Assembly (NCBI GenBank): GCA_019058365.1 | Contig: JAHPZE010000004.1 | Span: forward strand, 96,001 to 160,000 | Direction of reading: 5' to 3' | DNA: 64,000 nt | Source: Promethearchaeota archaeon | Lineage (GTDB): Archaea; Asgardarchaeota; Lokiarchaeia; Sigyniarchaeales; SOKP01 | Shown here: one piece after another, positions 51,664-61,354 of the stretch | Numbering within the stretch: position 1 is the stretch's first letter | How the letters are laid out: every line of letters starts with the position of its first letter | Notes under the pieces: generated by a model | Database searches by the model: none | Told to the model about the DNA's origin: nothing | Seen by the model: the letters and a program-made list of their open reading frames with translations, nothing else | Made by a program: the position numbers and the translations under genes

Positions 51664-54515
51664 TCAAGTTTTTCTATTTTATTTTTAAGTTCAATTAATT
51701 GGTTCTTTATTTTTTCTGGAACATCTGATTTCAATTCTATTTTATTAATGAAATTGACTAACTCTGTAATTTTATCCTTTTTATCAATAGGTTCAAATAA
51801 ACTTGTCTGTATATATTTTATCTTTTTAGGAATTTTATTCCCCTTAGATTCAATATTAAATGCTAATTCTTTAACATTTTCTTTTTTTTCATCCAGATCC
51901 TTTCTAATTTTGCTTAAATCTTCACTATATTCACTCAGCGATTCTTTAATAGCCTTTAATTCAGTGTTTAATTTATTAAGCTCATTTTTTTTTTCATTAA
52001 TAATTTTATCATAGTGCTTTCCTGTAGAGATATTTTCCCCATTTTCTCTTACTGTTGTTCTAAATGAATCTTTTTCTTCTATTTGTTCAAGGATTTCAAA
52101 TGCTCTTATTATCACATCATCTGGAATCCCTGCTAATTTAGCTACATGAATACCATAGGATTTATCTGTACTTCCCGGTTTTAATGTTCTCACAAAATTT
52201 ATACTGCCGTCGTCATTTTCAATAATATCTAAATGATAATTTTTTACTCCTGGTAAATTTATTTCTGTTAATTGATGATAATGGGTACTAAATAAAGTTT
52301 TAATTTTTAACTCATGGAGTTTTTCAAGAGTAGCCATTGCTATACTCTGACCATCACTAGTGCTTGTTCCCCTTCCTAATTCATCTATTATTATAAGGCT
52401 TTTTGGTGTAGCATAATTTAAAATTTTAGCTGTTTCAGTCATCTCAATCATAAAAGTGCTTAATTTTCGAGCTAGGTCATCTGAAGCCCCTATTCGTGTA
52501 AAAATTTGATCAATAATTCCAATTGTGGCGGATTTTGCTGGAACAAAGCAACCCATCTGCGCTATAATACATATTAAGGCTACCTGTCGTAAATATGTAG
52601 ATTTTCCAGCCATATTAGGGCCAGTAATAATTAATAATTGATCATTTTCATTATCTAAATAACAATCATTAGGAATAAATTGCTCATCCATATTTATTTG
52701 TTCAACTACGGGATGTCTACCATCCTTAATTATGATTTTGTTTTCTTTATAGATAATTGGTCTACAATAATTATAATTTTCTGCAACTTCAGCAAAACAT
52801 GCGAGAACATCAATGATTGCTATATTTTGCGCAGTTTCAAGGATATTTTTAGTTTCTTTTTCAACTTTTTCTCGAATAGTATTGAAAATTTCATATTCTA
52901 AGTCATTGATTTTTTCTTCAGCATTCACAATTTTATCTTCAAGTTCTTTTAATTTTTTAGTTGTATATCTTTTTGCATTTTTGAGCGTTGCTCTTTCAAC
53001 GTATTCTTCGGGAACCTTTCCGATATTGCTCAGAGTTCTCAATGTAATTTCGATATAATAACCAAGGATATTGTTAAATCCAACTTTTAACCCTGTTGTT
53101 AAGTTCCACCGCTTCTTCTGCTCTTGTTCATATTCTAAAACATATTTTTTTCCATTATGAATTATATCCCTAAGCTGATCTACTTCATTGTTAAAACCAT
53201 CTTTTATAAGATTCCCTTCTCTGATTGTGGTTGGGGGATTATCTTTTATTGAGACATTAATTAAGTTTTTTATATCATTAAAAGCTCCAATTTTTGAAAC
53301 AAATTTGAAAATTTCAGGAATCTCTGCTTTTTCCAATAATTCTTTAATTTTTGGAATTATTTCTAATGAATTTTTAATATTAATTAAATCTCGAGCATTT
53401 GTACGGCCAATATAATTAATTCTATTAATGAATCTCTCAAGATCACCAATAACTCTCAAATCCTCTCTTAAATCTGATCTTAAAAAGATATCATCCTTAA
53501 ATTTCTGAACTACATTAAGTCTCTGATTTATTTCATCAACATCTGTTAAAGGTTGGAGAATAAACTTTTTTAATAAACGTGCTCCCATGGGTGTATATGT
53601 GTGGTTGAAGATAGAATATAATGTAGAATCTTTTCCTCTCTCCCATAAAGAATTAATCAATTCTAAATTTCTTTGAGTAATATAGTCTAAGTGTAATATA
53701 TTTTTTTCTTGGATGAGATTAATTTTATAAATATTAGGGATTATGTCTCGTTGGGAGTCCTTTAAAAAAGCTAATAGCCCTCCAATAGCTTGAATTGCCA
53801 TCTCTTTTCCTTCTAGACCAAAGCTATTCAGATTTGTAATTTGAAAATGACGTGTAATTAGCGTATAAGCCTCATCATATAAAAAAACATGATCTTCATA
53901 GGTTTTTATGATTGCTTTTGTTAGATCTGTTAAAAGTATAAAAAGTCTTTCGTCTTTTTTTAGTTCGGGAGGAACAATTAATTCAACTGGATCAAATTGA
54001 GAAAGCAAGCTAAGTAATTTTTCCTGTGGATCTTGTTCTTTACTTAAGAATTCTGTTGCAACGAATTCTCCTGTAGATATATCAGTAAAAGCAACGCCAT
54101 ATCCATTTCTTTCTTTTACCATAGACCCAATATAATTATTTTCATTCGATTTTAACAAATTTGGTTCTATTATTGTACCTGGTGAAAGTATTCGAGTTAC
54201 TCCTCGTTTAACAATTCTTCCCTTCACTGTAGCAGGATCTTCTAATTGATCGACTATGACTAACGTTTCACCAAGATTCATAAGATTGTTAAAATAATTA
54301 TGACCCGAATGGTGCGGAATTCCTGCCAAAGGAACCTCTCCTCTTTTCGTAAGAGTTATTCCTAAAAGTTTTGAAATTCTTTCTGCATCATTATAGAAGA
54401 ATTCATAGAAATCACCCATTCGATATGCAATGAGATCCTCTGGAGGAAACCTTTTACGAATAGAATACCAATGTTTCAACATAGGAGTTAGTTTCTTAGG
54501 GTTTATTTCCTCCAT
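51660..54515 (-). CDS. mutS: DNA mismatch repair protein MutS (MutS1)
   Basis: MGDFYEFF, TGPNMAGKSTYLRQ, DELGRGTST, SYGIHVAKLAG. Confidence 0.96.
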   Translation of the reverse strand: MEEINPKKLTPMLKHWYSIRKRFPPEDLIAYRMGDFYEFFYNDAERISKLLGITLTKRGEVPLAGIPHHSGHNYFNNLMNLGETLVIVDQLEDPATVKGRIVKRGVTRILSPGTIIEPNLLKSNENNYIGSMVKERNGYGVAFTDISTGEFVATEFLSKEQDPQEKLLSLLSQFDPVELIVPPELKKDERLFILLTDLTKAIIKTYEDHVFLYDEAYTLITRHFQITNLNSFGLEGKEMAIQAIGGLLAFLKDSQRDIIPNIYKINLIQEKNILHLDYITQRNLELINSLWERGKDSTLYSIFNHTYTPMGARLLKKFILQPLTDVDEINQRLNVVQKFKDDIFLRSDLREDLRVIGDLERFINRINYIGRTNARDLINIKNSLEIIPKIKELLEKAEIPEIFKFVSKIGAFNDIKNLINVSIKDNPPTTIREGNLIKDGFNNEVDQLRDIIHNGKKYVLEYEQEQKKRWNLTTGLKVGFNNILGYYIEITLRTLSNIGKVPEEYVERATLKNAKRYTTKKLKELEDKIVNAEEKINDLEYEIFNTIREKVEKETKNILETAQNIAIIDVLACFAEVAENYNYCRPIIYKENKIIIKDGRHPVVEQINMDEQFIPNDCYLDNENDQLLIITGPNMAGKSTYLRQVALICIIAQMGCFVPAKSATIGIIDQIFTRIGASDDLARKLSTFMIEMTETAKILNYATPKSLIIIDELGRGTSTSDGQSIAMATLEKLHELKIKTLFSTHYHQLTEINLPGVKNYHLDIIENDDGSINFVRTLKPGSTDKSYGIHVAKLAGIPDDVIIRAFEILEQIEEKDSFRTTVRENGENISTGKHYDKIINEKKNELNKLNTELKAIKESLSEYSEDLSKIRKDLDEKKENVKELAFNIESKGNKIPKKIKYIQTSLFEPIDKKDKITELVNFINKIELKSDVPEKIKNQLIELKNKIEKLD

Positions 54516-55184
54516 AATTTAATCATTAGAAAGTTAAATGAGAATAATCATCAATATAATCTATTATAACAGTAATTTAATAATAAACGCATTTGTTAAA
54601 TTTTTAATAACAATAATAATGAAGATAATTTGATTTTTTATTATTCTTAGGAGACCTCCAAAATAATAAGAAATTACCTAAGATTTTAAACTATAATTTC
54701 AGAATTTAACCAATCTTTTGAAATTACGTGCTTTATAATCAAATCTTGGCATTTTAGGTAGTTTTGTCCTTGTTCTATGTTTTTTAAGTATCATATATCT
54801 AAAATCTGCATTCTTCCTGAGGATTTCCGCCTTATCATTTTAAATCTATGATAATAAAATACAATTACGATTAGCTCAAAGAATATCAATGTATCTAAAA
54901 TGTCTCTGAGTCAAGTGAAAATAGAATTGAATAGAGAGATTCATTGACAAATCTGTAAAAGTTACATTAAAAAAATATGTATAAGAAATCCAGCAATATG
55001 ATTCCTATAAAGAAATCATTAAATAATAAGTTATTCTCTTATTATCCTTTATTATTTTTATTTTAACAAATTTAAAATTTTACCAAATTATTAAATACAA
55101 CTTTTGCTTCCATTATTTGGGATATTAAATTTTACTTATTAGATATAAGATATAGTATAAGATTTATAAAAAAGGTAATTAAAA

Positions 55185-58100
55185 TTGTCAGATTCAGTTG
55201 ATAAATCAATAATTTCAGAGCAAAAGTTTGAAACTCTCTTTAAAGGTATGCCTTTTCCTTTATATGTTTGGAAAATAATTGAGAACGATTTGATTTTGGT
55301 TGAGTATAATTATTCCGCTGAAAAAATAACTAATGGTCAAATTAAAAACTATTTAGGATGTAAAGCGTCAGAATTTTATAAAGACCAATTTGAATTATAT
55401 GAAGGACTTTATCAATGTGTAAATTCTCAATGTGATGTTTTCAAGGAAGTTAAATCTATTTGTATAACTTCAGGAGAAGAAAAGTTTTTATCTGTTTATT
55501 ATAATTATATCCCTCCTGATTTAGTTTTAGTTCAAACAGGAGATATTACGGAACGGAAGAAAACAGAACAAAAATTGAAAGCGTCCGAAGAAAAATATAA
55601 GAGTATAGCTGAATTTTTACCAGATATTATCTATGAGATTGATAAAAGTGGGAAGTTGTCTTATGTTAATCCTGAGGGTTATGAAAAATTTAATTATCAA
55701 AAAGATGAAGTCATAGGAAAGATGAGTATGATTCAATTTGTTCTACCTGAGCAAAGAGAAAAATTAATCAGAAACGTAAATAAATTCTTTTCAGGGGAAT
55801 TAATTGAGCCAGATATATATACTTTTCAAAAAAAAGATGGAACCACTTTTTATGGGAGGGTACATTCACGTCCTATCTATAAAGAAGGAAAGATCGTAGG
55901 GATAAGGGGAGTACTTCATGATATTCATGAATTAGTTGAAATTGAAGAAAGATTAAAAAAATTAAATTTGGAATTAGAAAAAAGAGTTGAAGAAAGGACA
56001 AAGGAATTAAGAGAATCCGAAGAACAATATCGTACTATAATAAATTCTTTAGCTGATCCTCTAGATGTCGTAGATAGAGATTTAAAGATTCTCCTGATTA
56101 ATCCTGCTTTTGAATTATGGCTCGATAATTTAGGTATTGAGAAAAATGTTGTAGGAAAGATTATTTTTGAAGCGTTCCCATTCTTACCAAAAGAAATTCG
56201 CGAGGATTATAAGCAAATTTTCGATACTGGAAAACTTCAATCTAGTGAAGGGAGCACTTTTATAGATGATAAAGTAATCATTACTGAAACACTTAGAATT
56301 CCAATTTTTAAGGAAGGGCATGTTAATCAAGTAATGGTTATTACAAGAGATATAACTGAGCGAAAAAGGGCAGAAATGAAAATAAAAGAGTCAGAAGAAA
56401 AATACCGCCTTCTAACAGAAAATATCAATGATCTAATCGCTGTTATAGATGATAAATTCCAAATCGAATATATTAATGAAGAGGTCCATAAGAAAGTATT
56501 AGGTACAACCATAAATGATCTATTAGGAAAAAATATTTTGGATTTTGTGAATCCTGATGATAGAGTGAAAGGGTTTAATTCGTTACTGAATGGCATTAAA
56601 AATAAAGAAGGAATGATGGATATAAGAGTTTTGAATCGAACAGGTCATTACATTTGGTTTGAAGTAAAAGGAAAGGCTTTTTTAGATAATAAAGGAGAAT
56701 TAAAAGGAATATTGATTGCAAGAGATATTACAGAGCGTAAACAAGCAGAAGAAAAGCTTCGAGAGAGTGAAGAACGTTACCGTACATTGGTTGAGACTAT
56801 GACTGACGGGTTAGCTGCCATAGATGAAAATAATAACTTTACCTACATTAATATAAGTTTCAGCAAGATGATTGGATACTCCAATGATGAACTTCTTGGT
56901 ACCCAGGTCTTCAATTATCTTGATAAAAAGAATCAAAGTATAGTAGAAGAACAGTTAAAGCAGCGAAGGAAAGGAGTAACAAAACCCTATGAGCTTGTAT
57001 GGACTCGGAAAGACAGACATAAAGTTTACACAATTATGGCTCCAAAACCGCTTATTGATGTAGAAGGAAATTATGTAGGGGCCTTTGGGGTGATCACAAA
57101 CATTACTGAACGTATAATAGCAGAACAAAAATTGATGGAATCTGAAGCGAAATATCGCAATTTATTCGAAAGCTCTCCTGCTATGATTGTTTTAATAAAC
57201 CCGAATGGAAAGATAATTGACGTAAATCCAGCAACACTGGCACAATATGGATTTGAAAGAAACGATTTTATAAATAAGGATTTTAATGAGCTAAATAACT
57301 ATCTACCGGAGAATTTGCCTTTTTTGGTAAAGAAATTTAAAGAACTATTAATTGAAGGCATCTTGGAACCTATTGAACTTCCATTTTATACCAAAGACAA
57401 AAATATCATTTGGGTTAATATTCAAGGATCTTCAGTAAAGATTGGTGATGAAACTTATATTCAAACAGTAATACAAGATATTAATGAGCGGAAAATGGCA
57501 GAATTAAAAATAAAGGAATCAGAAGAGAAATTAAAAACATTAAATGATACTTTTCTAAAATTCACAGATGATCCCCTTAAAAATATACAATTACTTGTCG
57601 AAGCAGCAGGAAAACTAATTTCTAGTGAATGTGCTACGTATAATAAACTAATTGATGTAAATGGAAAAGAAATATTAAAAACTATTGCAATATGGCAAGA
57701 ACCAACAGACCTTAAACGCGAAGATAATCCAATTGGGCATATATTTACAGACATAATCAATATGGGTCTCGATGAGATTGTCATATTAAAGGATTTAGAC
57801 AAAACAAAATATGCGAAAACTGATCCAAATGTTCAAAAATATAATTTAAAACAATATTGCGGTATTGCAATAAGACTAAATAATAAACCAATTGCATCCT
57901 TTTGCCTATTGTATACGAAAAATAGAGAAATGAGTGAGGTCGATAAAGATATAATAAGAATTCTAGCTAAATCGGCTTCTATTGAGGAACAACGGTTATA
58001 TTCTTATCAACAAATTAAAGAATCTGAACATAAATTTAAATTAATTTTTGATTCTATCCCAGATCTCTTTTTCTTAATAAATAAAGAGACAAGAATTTTA

Positions 58101-59477
58101 TCATTTAGAGGAAGAGAAGAAGATTTCTATGTACCATCAGAGAAATTAATAAATAGTAAATTAAACGAACTACTTCCGGGAGATCTTGCTGATCGTAATT
58201 ATATTGCTGCTCAGAAAACATTATTAACAAAACAACCTCAGATAATCGAATATGAATTACCAATATATGGAGTAAATAGATATTTTGAGGCACGTCATCT
58301 TTATTTTTCTGAAAATCAAGTGGCTATATTTATACGTGAAATAACAGCTCGTAAAAAAGCAGAACAAGAATTAATTCAATCAGAAGAAAAATATAGACAA
58401 CTATTTGAGAATTCCCCCGAAATAATTGTATTAACAAGCCCAGATGGAGTTATTTTAGACGTTAATTCAGGTATTGAAAAAACTCTCGGTTTTAAAAAAG
58501 AAGAAGTAATAGGACACCCTTATTACAAATTTGGGATATGTGATTCAAATCAAATATCTATAATTAAACACAGATATGAAGATTCATTATTAGGAAAAAG
58601 AAAAAAGTTTGAGGAATTCCAAGTAAAAAGAAAAGATGGCAGTAGTTTATGGGTTTTATATCAGACTACAATTGTCAAATTAGGAAATCAACATTGTATT
58701 CTTACTATGGCACAAGATATCACTGAGATAAAAAAGGCAGAAAAATTAATTGAACAAGAACTTATTAAACTTAAAGAACTTGATGATATAAAAAATGAAT
58801 TGATTACTCGAGCTTCGCATGAATTAAAGACACCATTAACCTCTATTTTAGGTTCTACAGATTTACTCTTAACTTTATATCATGATGCTTACAATAATGA
58901 AATAAAAGAACTTATTAATATGATACATAAAGGAGCAAAAAGATTAGAAAATTTAATCAAAAATACAATAGATATTTCACTTATAGAGTCAAAAACTATC
59001 TCTTTTAGGAGAACAAGGGAGGATATTGGGAAACTTATTAATGAATGTATGGATGATTTGATATATTTAGCTGACAAAAGGGAATTATCATTTGAAATTA
59101 ATATCCAAGAAAATGTTTTTATTCAAATTGATAAAAATAAAGTTATACAAGTAATAAAAAATATAATATCGAATGCTATAAAAAATACACCTCTAAAAGG
59201 AAAAGTTTCAATCAATTTAAAAAGAATGAAAAAATATATAGAGATATCAATAAAGGATACAGGTGTAGGATTTACTGGAACTGAATTACAAAGAATTTTT
59301 CAAAAATTTGGAAAAATTGAAAGATATGGTAAAGATTTCGATGTGGATATAGAAGGTCCAGGACTTGGATTATATCTAGCAAAACAAATCATTGAAATGC
59401 ATAAAGGCAAAATTTGGGCAGAATCTGAAGGATTACATAAGGGAGCAACTTTTATTATCGAATTACCAATTGACTAA
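55185..59477 (+). CDS. multi-PAS/GAF sensor histidine kinase
   Basis: Repeated DITERK..E PAS linkers; SHELKTPL H-box; NAIK, DTGVG, GLGL. Confidence 0.93.
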   Translation: MSDSVDKSIISEQKFETLFKGMPFPLYVWKIIENDLILVEYNYSAEKITNGQIKNYLGCKASEFYKDQFELYEGLYQCVNSQCDVFKEVKSICITSGEEKFLSVYYNYIPPDLVLVQTGDITERKKTEQKLKASEEKYKSIAEFLPDIIYEIDKSGKLSYVNPEGYEKFNYQKDEVIGKMSMIQFVLPEQREKLIRNVNKFFSGELIEPDIYTFQKKDGTTFYGRVHSRPIYKEGKIVGIRGVLHDIHELVEIEERLKKLNLELEKRVEERTKELRESEEQYRTIINSLADPLDVVDRDLKILLINPAFELWLDNLGIEKNVVGKIIFEAFPFLPKEIREDYKQIFDTGKLQSSEGSTFIDDKVIITETLRIPIFKEGHVNQVMVITRDITERKRAEMKIKESEEKYRLLTENINDLIAVIDDKFQIEYINEEVHKKVLGTTINDLLGKNILDFVNPDDRVKGFNSLLNGIKNKEGMMDIRVLNRTGHYIWFEVKGKAFLDNKGELKGILIARDITERKQAEEKLRESEERYRTLVETMTDGLAAIDENNNFTYINISFSKMIGYSNDELLGTQVFNYLDKKNQSIVEEQLKQRRKGVTKPYELVWTRKDRHKVYTIMAPKPLIDVEGNYVGAFGVITNITERIIAEQKLMESEAKYRNLFESSPAMIVLINPNGKIIDVNPATLAQYGFERNDFINKDFNELNNYLPENLPFLVKKFKELLIEGILEPIELPFYTKDKNIIWVNIQGSSVKIGDETYIQTVIQDINERKMAELKIKESEEKLKTLNDTFLKFTDDPLKNIQLLVEAAGKLISSECATYNKLIDVNGKEILKTIAIWQEPTDLKREDNPIGHIFTDIINMGLDEIVILKDLDKTKYAKTDPNVQKYNLKQYCGIAIRLNNKPIASFCLLYTKNREMSEVDKDIIRILAKSASIEEQRLYSYQQIKESEHKFKLIFDSIPDLFFLINKETRILSFRGREEDFYVPSEKLINSKLNELLPGDLADRNYIAAQKTLLTKQPQIIEYELPIYGVNRYFEARHLYFSENQVAIFIREITARKKAEQELIQSEEKYRQLFENSPEIIVLTSPDGVILDVNSGIEKTLGFKKEEVIGHPYYKFGICDSNQISIIKHRYEDSLLGKRKKFEEFQVKRKDGSSLWVLYQTTIVKLGNQHCILTMAQDITEIKKAEKLIEQELIKLKELDDIKNELITRASHELKTPLTSILGSTDLLLTLYHDAYNNEIKELINMIHKGAKRLENLIKNTIDISLIESKTISFRRTREDIGKLINECMDDLIYLADKRELSFEINIQENVFIQIDKNKVIQVIKNIISNAIKNTPLKGKVSINLKRMKKYIEISIKDTGVGFTGTELQRIFQKFGKIERYGKDFDVDIEGPGLGLYLAKQIIEMHKGKIWAESEGLHKGATFIIELPID

Positions 59478-59690
59478 GTATTCAGTAATATGTTTTTTAC
59501 ATTACTAGTTTGTCCGAAAGAAGGTTTTATTAAAAAAAATACGAGAACATTACTAACTACTAATGCTAATAGACTTATTACTAAAATTTTTAAGATTTTC
59601 TTGTTAGATTTTGACATAATTATCATGTAAAATTAATTGAATTTAGCAATCAATAATAAATAGTTCTAAAAAACATTTTTTATTATTATG

Positions 59691-60536
59691 TTATAAATGT
59701 TTTTCAAGCCATACAAACATATCTTGATATACTTGAGCTCTGCCCTTTTCATTCCATAACTCATGGAGAAATCCATCATATTCTCGATAAGTCTTGTCTT
59801 TACTTCCAATTTGTTCGAAAAATTCTTTTGACTTTTCTTTATCTATAATCTTATCATCACCAGCTTGCATTATTAATACAGGGCATAGTAAATTTGATGC
59901 ATTATCGATCGCCCATTTTGAAAATCTATCAATTTCTGTGGCCGATTTGGCTGAAATTACTTCAATTTTGTGTTTATCTACAATATGTTGTCGTAAGATT
60001 TTTAAATCACTTGTTAATTGATTCTGATCAATAATATTATCTAATATCTTATTAGGAGCTAATTTAACAAGAGTTTTTGATAGTGATTTTATAACTTTTT
60101 TTCCCATTGATAGTTTTAAAAACATACCTAAAAGTGGTGAGGAAACTAATACTCCTGATAATTTCGGGTGATGTATTGCATAAATTAAACCAACTAAACC
60201 TCCAAAAGAATGACCCATCAAAAATATTTTTTTTTCTTTAGCAATTTCGCGGATTAAATCCATAAAAAGAAGTGTATCTTTTTGGATGTGATCCATGCTC
60301 TCTATATGGCCGAGTAAATCACCAGTGTTTCTCCAATGTCCCCGTAAATCAAATGCGTAAACGGCATATCCTTTATTTGTGAAATATTCCGCAAGAATTT
60401 TTAATCTATCAGAATGAGTTCCCCATCCATGAATTGCTATGATATAAGCTTTAATTTCTCCAGAGTCAGGCAACCAATATTGATAGAATAATTTTTTCAA
60501 TTCCCTTCCTTCAAAATATCCAGTTTCATTTTTCAT
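59691..60536 (-). CDS. alpha/beta hydrolase (lysophospholipase/monoglyceride lipase-like)
   Basis: HGWG, DLRGH, GHSFGG, HELWNE. Confidence 0.9.
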   Translation of the reverse strand: MKNETGYFEGRELKKLFYQYWLPDSGEIKAYIIAIHGWGTHSDRLKILAEYFTNKGYAVYAFDLRGHWRNTGDLLGHIESMDHIQKDTLLFMDLIREIAKEKKIFLMGHSFGGLVGLIYAIHHPKLSGVLVSSPLLGMFLKLSMGKKVIKSLSKTLVKLAPNKILDNIIDQNQLTSDLKILRQHIVDKHKIEVISAKSATEIDRFSKWAIDNASNLLCPVLIMQAGDDKIIDKEKSKEFFEQIGSKDKTYREYDGFLHELWNEKGRAQVYQDMFVWLEKHL

Positions 60537-60746
60537 ATTTATATCACTTAGACTTTCAAATGAGTATTTTTTGGGTTAATGATAATTTATAATATCCATA
60601 TCTTCTTAATATTATTGCTTTAATGAATTGATAATTAAATTTCCATTTAAAAATAATGCTCATAATAGAAATTTAAAAAAATTTTTATATTATTGGGTAA
60701 ATTTCATAATAAATAATATCTATTCAATTATCTTGGGTTTTATATT

Positions 60747-61334
60747 TTGAGTGAAACAGAAAATATTGAAATCACAATCCATGGTAGAGGGGGAATGGGA
60801 GTTGTTACGTGTGCGGAAATTATTGCAGAAGCTGCTTATTTAAGTGGTAATTTTGTTGATGTACACGCATATCCTTCATTTGGAGCTGAAAGAAGAGGTG
60901 CTCCCGTTCAAGCGTATGCTAAACTCTCTAGAACGGGTACTATATGGGATAGAGCTCAAATAGAAAATCCAAATGTTTTAATAATATTCGATGAGACCGT
61001 TTTAAATCAAGAAATTGCTTTTTCTCTTAGACAAGAGGGATTTTTTATTATAAACTCTGAAAAGGACCCTGAATTTTTTGTTAAGTTATTTGACTTAAGT
61101 AGTGATACCAAAATAGTTGCCGCAGATATTAGTAAACTAGCAATAGAGAAAGATCTAACTATTGAGGGAAATCCAGTAATTAATACTCCTATTCTTGGTT
61201 TACTTTCAAAAGCAATACCTGATTTAAATTTAAACAATTTAAAAACAGTTGTTGTTAAACGTATGGGTGAAAAAATAGGTAAACTCAATTATGAATTAAT
61301 TGAACAAGGCTATAATTTAGCTAAAATTTTATAA
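60747..61334 (+). CDS. 2-oxoacid:ferredoxin oxidoreductase gamma subunit (stand-alone)
   Basis: HGRGGMGVVT, SFGAERRGAPV, NTPILG. Confidence 0.9.
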   Translation: MSETENIEITIHGRGGMGVVTCAEIIAEAAYLSGNFVDVHAYPSFGAERRGAPVQAYAKLSRTGTIWDRAQIENPNVLIIFDETVLNQEIAFSLRQEGFFIINSEKDPEFFVKLFDLSSDTKIVAADISKLAIEKDLTIEGNPVINTPILGLLSKAIPDLNLNNLKTVVVKRMGEKIGKLNYELIEQGYNLAKIL

Positions 61335-61354
61335 TCTTCTTATCCAGAGTGTTT

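Noticed and set aside
54699-54839. Basic 46-codon open stretch on the minus strand upstream of mutS
   Set aside because: No convincing start or recognisable motif; cannot be supported as a gene
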